Source: Bacteroidaceae bacterium
GTDB lineage: Bacteria > Bacteroidota > Bacteroidia > Bacteroidales > Bacteroidaceae
Length of the DNA: 64,000 nucleotides
Assembly (NCBI GenBank): GCA_024401095.1
Contig: JAKSLR010000011.1
Coordinates: 13,684 to 77,683, forward strand
Reading direction: 5' to 3'
Shown piece after piece: positions 56,620 to 64,000 of this stretch (positions are counted from its first letter, which is position 1; the number at the start of each line of letters is the position of its first letter). The notes beneath the pieces were generated by a model. The model was not told where the DNA came from and made no database searches. It saw nothing but the letters and a program-made list of their open reading frames with translations. The position numbers and the translations under genes were made by a program.

Positions 56620-59088
56620 TTATTTAACATGCAATAGCACAGTTCCGGCCTTCAACCCCGGTGCCTTTGCCTCCAATTGGATTGTCCCGGCACTTTCACC
56701 GGCTTGTACAATAGCTGTAAGCATTCCTTTGAAAGCATGATGCTTCGGCAAATGGAAAAGATCCAGATTAGTAGCATCTCCATTAGCTGCAGCACGGAAT
56801 TTTCCAGCCCCCTTCACGCCGAAGCTTATCAGCCTGCCATCATCAGGACATAGATTGCCATCCTTGTCAACTACCTTTACCGTAACGTATGCCAAGTCAT
56901 TACCATCAGCAGAAAGGTCTGTTCTATCGGCCACCAACTCTATGTGATGTGGTTTGCCCGCTGTACGTACAACTTCCGTTGCCGCTTCCTTGCCATTCTT
57001 GTCATATGCCACCACTTTTATCTCACCTGGTTCATATTTAACATCCATCCACATTAAGCGGTAACGACGTTGCTGCCACAAAGAGTCTACTCCCTTCAAG
57101 GCTTCTGATTCTGCAGCTGACAGTTTACGCTGTCTACCTTGGCTCTTTCCGTTCACAAACAGTTCAGCCTCTGGATAGCTGGTATAGACAAATACGGGTG
57201 TAACTTCACCCTCACGTCCCTTCCAGGTCCAATGCGGCAAGACATGCAAGGTCTTTGCGTCTTTGTTCCAGACACTTCGATAAAGATAATAGTCATCTTT
57301 TGGAAGCGATGCCAAGTCTATGATACCAAATAAAGAACTGTGGCTTGGCCATGCATCGGTATCATATGGAGAAGGTTCACCCAAATAATCAAAACCGGTC
57401 CAGACAAACTGTCCCATTGTCCAAGGGTAATCTTCTGCCAATGCGAAATCTTCATCTGGGACATTACTCCACCAGCAAGACTCAAGTCCATATCCGGTAC
57501 TTTGGTGATCATCGTACATGGCTCCGGCACGCAACTGGTCTGCAGGGAACTTATATACACCACGTGAACTTACAGTGGATGCTGTTTCTGAGCCCAAAAG
57601 CAAGTTCTGTGGCAAACGGTTATATCCTTCCACGTAGCGTTTCGTTCTATAGTTGAAACCAGGAATGTCCAACATGGCAGCAAAACCGTTGTTCAACACA
57701 TTATCTACCTGATCCATGCCACTGGTACATGGGCGGGTTGGGTCTTCACGATGACAAATATCCTGCAAGAAAGTTGCCACACGGTAACCCTCCGGACTCC
57801 ACTGGGTCGGAACTTCATTTCCTATGCTCCACATGACCACACTTGGATGATTACGGTAATGGCGGAGCATATTCACCATGTCCTTCTCTGCCCATTCATT
57901 GAAGAAACGGTGATAACCACTATCACACTTTGCAATATCCCATTCATCAAATGGCTCCAACATCATCATGAAACCCATCTCGTCACAGAGTTCCACCAGT
58001 TCCGGAGTAGGCATATTATGAGAGGTACGCACGGCATCGCATCCCATATCTTTTAATAAAGTCAACTGGCGGCGTAATGCAGCTTTGTTGATTGCAGATC
58101 CTAAAGGGCCTAAATCATGATGGTTGCAGACACCCTGGAACTTGCGCAGTTTCCCATTCAGCAAGAAACCCTTATCAGGAACCACTTCTATACTGCGTAT
58201 ACCGAATGTCGTTGCATATTCATCTACTTCCTTGCCGTCCACGCTTATCTTGGTGACAGCTTTGTAAAGTGAAGGGCTCTCTGGTGTCCATAGTTTCGGA
58301 TTCTGCACCAAGAAGTTCTGTTCGAAAGGTTTGTTGTGGAATATAGGTAAAGTCTGTTTCTTTACAGCCACTTCCTTACCCTCTGGTGAGTAAATGGAAG
58401 TGGTAAGTGTCAGTGGTTTGCCTTCATCATTAGCAATGGTTGTCTTCAGGTTTACCGAAGCGTAATCCTGTCCTACATGAGGTGTAGTCACCTGAGTTCC
58501 CCATACTGGCACATGTACCTTTTCATTCAGTACCAGATGTACATTTCGGTAGAGACCTGCACCAGGATACCAGCGTGATGACTGCTCCTTGTTTTCCAAA
58601 CGGACAGCCAAAGTATTTGGTGTTCCGTCTGCATGAACGAAGGAGGTTACATCGAAATAAAAGGAGTTATATCCATAAGGCCAATAACCAGCCTCCTTGC
58701 CATTTACATAGATACGTGCTTCACTCATGGCACCGTCGAATATCAGGGTCGCCTGTTTTCCTTGTGGCACCTGAAAAGAGGTTCTATACCAACCTACACC
58801 TGCATAGGGAAGTCCACCAGATCGACCCGTCTTTTCTGTAGCTTCTGTTTCGCCATTCTGAATCACAGCCACCACCTGAAGGTCATTCTTCCTGTCAAAA
58901 GGGCCAAAAATTGCCCAATCATGGGGAATAGTTACACTTTCCCACTTGCTATCATTAAAAGCAGGATCTGCAGCACCTGCCACATCGCCCTTTGTAAATT
59001 TCCAATTTTTGTTCAGCAGTATCTCGCTACGTTGGGCAAAAGCCATCAGACTGCAGAAACAGAGTAAAGTTAATAGTGTCTTTTTCAT
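56620..59088 (-). CDS. Glycoside hydrolase family 2 (beta-galactosidase-like)
   Basis: WSIGNE acid/base motif, NHHDLG, sugar-binding N-terminal domain, signal peptide. Confidence 0.88.
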   Translation of the reverse strand: MKKTLLTLLCFCSLMAFAQRSEILLNKNWKFTKGDVAGAADPAFNDSKWESVTIPHDWAIFGPFDRKNDLQVVAVIQNGETEATEKTGRSGGLPYAGVGWYRTSFQVPQGKQATLIFDGAMSEARIYVNGKEAGYWPYGYNSFYFDVTSFVHADGTPNTLAVRLENKEQSSRWYPGAGLYRNVHLVLNEKVHVPVWGTQVTTPHVGQDYASVNLKTTIANDEGKPLTLTTSIYSPEGKEVAVKKQTLPIFHNKPFEQNFLVQNPKLWTPESPSLYKAVTKISVDGKEVDEYATTFGIRSIEVVPDKGFLLNGKLRKFQGVCNHHDLGPLGSAINKAALRRQLTLLKDMGCDAVRTSHNMPTPELVELCDEMGFMMMLEPFDEWDIAKCDSGYHRFFNEWAEKDMVNMLRHYRNHPSVVMWSIGNEVPTQWSPEGYRVATFLQDICHREDPTRPCTSGMDQVDNVLNNGFAAMLDIPGFNYRTKRYVEGYNRLPQNLLLGSETASTVSSRGVYKFPADQLRAGAMYDDHQSTGYGLESCWWSNVPDEDFALAEDYPWTMGQFVWTGFDYLGEPSPYDTDAWPSHSSLFGIIDLASLPKDDYYLYRSVWNKDAKTLHVLPHWTWKGREGEVTPVFVYTSYPEAELFVNGKSQGRQRKLSAAESEALKGVDSLWQQRRYRLMWMDVKYEPGEIKVVAYDKNGKEAATEVVRTAGKPHHIELVADRTDLSADGNDLAYVTVKVVDKDGNLCPDDGRLISFGVKGAGKFRAAANGDATNLDLFHLPKHHAFKGMLTAIVQAGESAGTIQLEAKAPGLKAGTVLLHVK

Positions 59089-59092
59089 GGTT

Positions 59093-60229
59093 TTAGTTTT
59101 TAAAGCAATCTAAAATAGATGTAGGAGCACCTATTTGGGAGAAAGCACCCATATCATAGCTGTTCCATTTCATTATTTCATAATAAGCTGGTTTCCACCA
59201 ATTATTCTCCGCTGAGCTATAATATTCTGGTTCCCAATAAACCACACCTTCGCACATTTCATTCTGCTTGGCAGCCTCCATGAAATTCTTAAGTATAGTT
59301 GGAGAATTACCTTCCTGCACTTTCACACCAACTTCAGCAACAAGTACCTTCACGCCATAGGTTTTACCCAGCGAAGTAATATGGGCAACAGCTAGGTTAT
59401 TGGCTCTTACAGGATCCATTTGAACTGCATCTTCATAAGCCTCGAAAGGATAATGGCTAAGTCCTATCATGTCAAACTTACCACCGTTCTGCTTAAAGTT
59501 CTTGAACCACCAGTCCAGATCTTCATAGGCATTGTTCAGATGTACCATCACCTTGGCATTTGAAAAAACAGTCTTGGCAGCTTCATAACCAGCATTGCTC
59601 AGTTCCACATAGTTCTTCCATCCGTTTGGAAGATCGCCCTTTTCGTCCCAAAGCTGGCCAGATGGCCAAAGCATTCCGTTCCTTGTCTCATTACCAATCT
59701 GAATGTATTTTGGTTCAATGCCTTTGTTCTTCAGGGCTTGCAGCACCTCTGTGGTATGGTTCTCCACGGATTTCTTCAGTTCCTTCTGTCCAAAATCCTT
59801 CCAGGCTACAGGCTTCGTTTGTTTGCCAGGATCGGCAAACACATCACTGTAATGAAAGTCTATCATGACATCCATACCTGCATTCTTGGCTCTCTCAGCC
59901 TTGGCTACTACATCAGCCTTGTCGCACCACTTTCCGTAGGTACTTTCAGGGTTCACCCAGACACGCAAGCGAATCTGGGTCATGCCCAGATCTTTCATTA
60001 GCTTGAAGCAGTCTGTTTCTGTCCCCTCACTATTTCTGAACTTGATTTTCGCGTCTTCCATTTCTGTTACCCAACTGAGATCTGCTCCTTTTACAAAAGC
60101 ACTGGCTGGTCCAGGAGTCGGCGTTGGTGAAGGAGTTGGTGTAGGCTCGGGAAGAGGATTTTCCGAACTGCTACAAGCCATAAGTCCAACTGTCAGAAGC
60201 ATCAGGAAAATGCTTAGGTGTCTTTTCAT
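59093..60229 (-). CDS. GH53 arabinogalactan endo-beta-1,4-galactanase, lipoprotein
   Basis: GADLSWV, IQIGNETRNGMLWP, VAEVG nucleophile context, lipobox MAC. Confidence 0.85.
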   Translation of the reverse strand: MKRHLSIFLMLLTVGLMACSSSENPLPEPTPTPSPTPTPGPASAFVKGADLSWVTEMEDAKIKFRNSEGTETDCFKLMKDLGMTQIRLRVWVNPESTYGKWCDKADVVAKAERAKNAGMDVMIDFHYSDVFADPGKQTKPVAWKDFGQKELKKSVENHTTEVLQALKNKGIEPKYIQIGNETRNGMLWPSGQLWDEKGDLPNGWKNYVELSNAGYEAAKTVFSNAKVMVHLNNAYEDLDWWFKNFKQNGGKFDMIGLSHYPFEAYEDAVQMDPVRANNLAVAHITSLGKTYGVKVLVAEVGVKVQEGNSPTILKNFMEAAKQNEMCEGVVYWEPEYYSSAENNWWKPAYYEIMKWNSYDMGAFSQIGAPTSILDCFKN

Positions 60230-60250
60230 AGTCTTAGGTTTTAATAGTCA

Positions 60251-61252
60251 TTATTCAGTGGGCAACGCCCCCCATTTATCTTTAATTTCATCTAAAATAG
60301 CAAACAGTTCAGGAACCGTTTCTGCACGTAGCATCCGAATTCGGGTATCACGGAAATTATAGAGCCCCTTAAACAGCGGACTGGCAGCCAGATGACGGCG
60401 AATGTGCAAGATACCTCTGTATTCATCTATACGCTCCACACTTTGCAGTACCTCCTGTTTCAGGATATTCATCTTCCAGTCGAAGCTCAGCTCCTCGGGA
60501 GAAAGCAGTTCTCCGGTATCCAGATAATGACGGATTTCACGGAACACCCAAGGTCTTCCAAAACTGGCACGGCCTACCATTACGGCATCTACACCATATT
60601 TGTCGAAACATTCCTTGGCACGTTCTGGTGTGGTGACATCTCCGTTTCCTATAATAGGGATGTGCATGCGAGGATTATTCTTCACTTCGCCTATCAAAGT
60701 CCAGTCGGCATCACCGGTGTACATCTGTGCGCGGGTTCTTCCATGAATAGTCAAAGCCTGAATGCCGCAATCCTGCAGCTGTTCTGCCAAATCAACGATA
60801 CATTTATGATCGGCATCCCAACCTAGGCGGGTTTTCACGGTTACTGGAATTTTTACGGCATCTACCACAGCCTTGGTAATCTCCAGCAAAAGTGGAATGT
60901 TCTGTAGCATACCTGCTCCTGCACCCTTTCCAGCCACACGCTTTACCGGGCAACCAAAATTGATATCCAGTACATCTGGCTTTGCTTCTTCTACAATCTT
61001 TGCAGCCTCAACCATAGAAGCCACATCACGTCCATAAATCTGAATAGCCACAGGCCTTTCGTCAGGATGAATAGACAATTTCTGCATGGATTTGTTCACC
61101 GAACGTATCAAGGCATCTGCTGACACAAATTCAGAATATACCATACTGGCTCCCATCTGCTTACACATCAGACGGAATCCCATATCTGTCACATCTTCCA
61201 TAGGTGCAAGCACCACTGGACGTTCTCCTAAATCTATTGTTCCTATTTTCAT
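60251..61252 (-). CDS. dusB: tRNA-dihydrouridine synthase (start trimmed to MKIGTIDLG)
   Basis: VLAPMEDVTD, INFGCP, TIHGRT. Confidence 0.88.
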   Translation of the reverse strand: MKIGTIDLGERPVVLAPMEDVTDMGFRLMCKQMGASMVYSEFVSADALIRSVNKSMQKLSIHPDERPVAIQIYGRDVASMVEAAKIVEEAKPDVLDINFGCPVKRVAGKGAGAGMLQNIPLLLEITKAVVDAVKIPVTVKTRLGWDADHKCIVDLAEQLQDCGIQALTIHGRTRAQMYTGDADWTLIGEVKNNPRMHIPIIGNGDVTTPERAKECFDKYGVDAVMVGRASFGRPWVFREIRHYLDTGELLSPEELSFDWKMNILKQEVLQSVERIDEYRGILHIRRHLAASPLFKGLYNFRDTRIRMLRAETVPELFAILDEIKDKWGALPTE

Positions 61253-61324
61253 ATCAAGTCGTGCAAAGTTACGGATAAAAAACAAAAAACGACTCATTCT
61301 ATTGGAGAAATCTTCGCTTTTCTT

Positions 61325-61332
61325 TACCTTTG
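61325..61332 (+). promoter_or_regulatory. TAnnTTTG box (TACCTTTG)
   Basis: Lies 24 nt upstream of ATG 61356. Confidence 0.45.
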
Positions 61333-61355
61333 CTGCTATCAAAAAATACAAGGAC

Positions 61356-62681
61356 ATGAAAACGATATTTATTTTTCTGGGGGGACTTATTTTTTCTTTG
61401 GGTCTGCATGCACAGAGTTTCCAAGGTGATTGGAACGGGAAACTGGCAGTTGGATTACAGAAACTGACATTGGTTTTTCATATCAGTGACCAGACTTGCA
61501 CTTTGGACAGTCCTGACCAAGGAGCCAAAGGTATCCCTGCTACATTGGAATCAGTAACTTCGGATTCTATCTCCATAAAGATAAGCACATTAAGAGCCAG
61601 CTACCAAGGGAAGAAAACTGCAACGGGAATAGAAGGAGTTTTTACTCAGGGCGGAATGAAATTCCCGCTAAATCTAAAAGCAGGCGATGGAGCCAAAAAC
61701 AGGCCACAGACCCCAAAAGCACCTTTCGACTATACCACAAAAGAAGTCAGCTTCACAAATGCTTCCGACGGAGCAGTTCTTTCTGGCACTTTAGTTTTAC
61801 CCAAAGACTATCATTCAAAAACTCCTGTGATATTGATGGTTAGTGGAAGCGGACTGCAGAACCGGGATGAAGAAATCATGGAGCACAAACCATTTTTAGT
61901 CATTGCAGATTACTTGGCAAAGCTTGGTATTGCTTCTTTGCGTTACGACGACCGTTCTTTCGGGAAATCTACAGGCTCTGTTGTGCAAGCTACCACCGAG
62001 ACATTCAAGCAAGATGCAGAAGCGGGCTTGAACTACCTTCGTCAAAACGAGCATTTCGGGAAAATAGGAATCTTAGGCCATAGCGAAGGCGGAACCATTG
62101 CTTACCTGCTTGCAGCAGCAGGAAAAGCAGACTTCGTTGTATCTTTGGCAGGTCCTACTGTTTCCGGAAAAGAGATACTTCTGGAACAAAACAGCTTGCT
62201 CTTGAAAGCTGAAGGGCTTCCAGAGCAAGTTGTCAACGACTATGTGAAAGTTTTAGGTCCAGTCTTTGATTTACGAATCCAGAAATTCAATACCAATAAG
62301 CCTGATGAAGTCATCAAGGAACTGGTGAAGCAATATCAGGTAAGCCTGCCATCAGGTTTACAGAAGAACCTGGAGGCTGTACTTGCTCCTAACGTATGGA
62401 ATGATTACTTCCTGGCCCTCTCTGCACAAGATGAGGTACGGGCCATGACCTGTCCTGCTTTCCTGTTGGGAGGAAGTAAGGATCTGCAAGTTCCTGCCAT
62501 CTTGAATCTATACGGATTAAAACTCAAGAACCGCAAATCCAAAATAAAAGTTTATCCAGCATTGAATCACCTGTTCCAAACCTGCCAGACAGGTGCCGTT
62601 TCTGAGTATGGTGAGATAGAAGAAACCATCTCACCTGAAGTACTTTACGACATCTCTAAATTCATTAAAAGTATAAAGTAA
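61356..62681 (+). CDS. Secreted alpha/beta hydrolase (start trimmed to MKTIFIFLG)
   Basis: Signal peptide; GHSEGG nucleophile elbow. Confidence 0.75.
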   Translation: MKTIFIFLGGLIFSLGLHAQSFQGDWNGKLAVGLQKLTLVFHISDQTCTLDSPDQGAKGIPATLESVTSDSISIKISTLRASYQGKKTATGIEGVFTQGGMKFPLNLKAGDGAKNRPQTPKAPFDYTTKEVSFTNASDGAVLSGTLVLPKDYHSKTPVILMVSGSGLQNRDEEIMEHKPFLVIADYLAKLGIASLRYDDRSFGKSTGSVVQATTETFKQDAEAGLNYLRQNEHFGKIGILGHSEGGTIAYLLAAAGKADFVVSLAGPTVSGKEILLEQNSLLLKAEGLPEQVVNDYVKVLGPVFDLRIQKFNTNKPDEVIKELVKQYQVSLPSGLQKNLEAVLAPNVWNDYFLALSAQDEVRAMTCPAFLLGGSKDLQVPAILNLYGLKLKNRKSKIKVYPALNHLFQTCQTGAVSEYGEIEETISPEVLYDISKFIKSIK

Positions 62682-62699
62682 GCTTTGCTTTCAATCCTG

Positions 62700-63968
62700 T
62701 TATTCAGGTTTGGTTTTCACCTTATAACCCACAAGTCCATAAAGGAACATACAGAGCTCACCAATCAGTACCAGAGTCCATGACCAGCGCCATGAACCCA
62801 TCATATCTGCCAGAGATCCTTGCAGCAAAGGAATAATGGCACCACCCACTACACCTATCATAAATACACCTGAGGCGATAGATGTATATTTTCCTAATTG
62901 GGCCACGGATAAGGTGAAGATACATCCCCACATAATGCTGTGGAACAGACCTACGGCAACAAGTATCCATGGATTATTGAAAGCCATTCCTAGAATGACC
63001 AGAACAGAAGCAGCCGATGTGGTGAAAAGCAACTGGGTGCGAGGAGAGATCTTGCTGATACTACTTCCACAAAGTCGGCCCACAAGCATACCTCCCCAAT
63101 AAAGGGTAGCCATGAGAGCTGTAGTTTCCAGCGGCAAGTTCAGGTCATGCAGGACATACAGATTCAAATTTCCTCCTATACAGACTTCACATCCCACATA
63201 GAAGAAAATTGCGATGACACCCAAGCGCAGATGACTGAACGACCAGATACTACGTTCTAATTTCACATCTTTTTCTGCTGTAATACTCTCTATGGTTGGA
63301 AGATGTAACTTCAACAGCAAGCCCAGAATCAAGAAAGCTACTACCGCTAAAGTGAAGAACGGTATTTGCAGCTGGCTCACGTTTATATCTGTCATTTGCA
63401 AGCCACCGAACACTACTCCTGTTACAAAATAAGGAGCTATGGTAGTACCAATGGAATTCGCTGTACCTCCCATGGCCATTCTTTGAACAGACTGTGTGCC
63501 CTTAATGTGGCAGGCAGATAGATAAGGATTAATGACAACCTGCAATATGGTGGCCGAAGCACCTACAACAAAAGATCCCAGCAGGAAGATGAAGAATCCA
63601 TAAGGAATAAGGCTATCATTCCATTGAATAAAAGCCTCTGGCCATTTCACTGTAACGAGACTGGACAGGTAGAAAAGGAACAGGCCGACACCCATCACCA
63701 CTAATCCCCTGATCAGCGTACCCTTGTGTCCATATTTAGTACTCCAGTCGGCACCAAACTTTCCGGCTATAGGATAAGCCAAGAACCAGGAAAAAGTAAT
63801 TAAGGTTGCCAACGTGTTTTTCATGGATCCCACTTGAGACAGGAAGGTCTCTTGCAATGGTCCCTGAAACTGTGTGTTGGCTGTAGTAAGGAATCCTATC
63901 AGCAAGAAGAGGAAGACCATGGTAAGAAATGGTCCCAGGTAATTGGTTTCTTTTTGTGTTGGTTGCAT
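62700..63968 (-). CDS. MFS sugar transporter (FucP/GluP-like)
   Basis: 12 hydrophobic segments; N-terminal region typical of glucose/galactose-fucose permeases. Confidence 0.8.
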   Translation of the reverse strand: MQPTQKETNYLGPFLTMVFLFLLIGFLTTANTQFQGPLQETFLSQVGSMKNTLATLITFSWFLAYPIAGKFGADWSTKYGHKGTLIRGLVVMGVGLFLFYLSSLVTVKWPEAFIQWNDSLIPYGFFIFLLGSFVVGASATILQVVINPYLSACHIKGTQSVQRMAMGGTANSIGTTIAPYFVTGVVFGGLQMTDINVSQLQIPFFTLAVVAFLILGLLLKLHLPTIESITAEKDVKLERSIWSFSHLRLGVIAIFFYVGCEVCIGGNLNLYVLHDLNLPLETTALMATLYWGGMLVGRLCGSSISKISPRTQLLFTTSAASVLVILGMAFNNPWILVAVGLFHSIMWGCIFTLSVAQLGKYTSIASGVFMIGVVGGAIIPLLQGSLADMMGSWRWSWTLVLIGELCMFLYGLVGYKVKTKPE

Positions 63969-64000
63969 AATAGCCGTTATTATAGTTTTTGTGTTGAATA

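Overview
The window has two parts. (A) nt 1 to about 20,760 is the right-hand portion of an integrated mobile genetic element. Its right junction is a Bacteroidetes-type tyrosine integrase (19099-20511, minus) next to an orphan tRNA-Leu-like 3' fragment (20731-20757) and the chromosomal terminator. The left end lies outside the window. The visible 20.7 kb carries these genes: the C-terminal part of an SF1 (Upf1/DNA2-like) helicase with two coupled ORFans; an excisionase-like HTH gene; an HNH protein; a primase-like protein; a DUF932-like protein; a Rad52-like annealase paired with a PD-(D/E)XK exonuclease; a RadC/JAB protein; a small serine recombinase; umuDC; a lipoprotein; and about 15 ORFans. 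These are organised in short transcription units, each closed by a clear hairpin terminator. I see no capsid, tail, terminase, lysis or conjugation genes here, so the element class (prophage arm, satellite, IME or ICE cargo/leading region) is unresolved. (B) nt 20,800 to 64,000 is ordinary Bacteroidales-type core chromosome, probably Prevotella/Segatella-like. That taxon guess rests on TAnnTTTG promoter boxes, general absence of Shine-Dalgarno sites, and gene content. This part contains ridA, an SDR, pepO-like M13 peptidase, argH, pyrE, recX, prmC, uppS-bamA-ompH-ompH-murI, GH3, a Na/Pi transporter, a uridine-kinase-like gene, glycerate kinase, rpoN, purE, ispG, a lolE-like gene, rbfA, an S9 peptidase, a GH53-GH2-esterase-esterase cluster, dusB and an MFS sugar transporter. 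The best candidates for something undescribed are all in the element: the truncated helicase operon (1-1500); a low-GC opposite-strand 465-aa ORFan (12404-13801); a roughly 500 nt hairpin-rich gene-free segment (5521-5913); and an acidic four-gene ORFan operon (13949-15698). Outside the element, a dense array of a 9-mer (GGTGAAGAG) between ridA and the SDR gene is the oddest sequence feature. No CRISPR array, rRNA or complete tRNA was found. All function calls come from motif recognition by eye; no searches were run.
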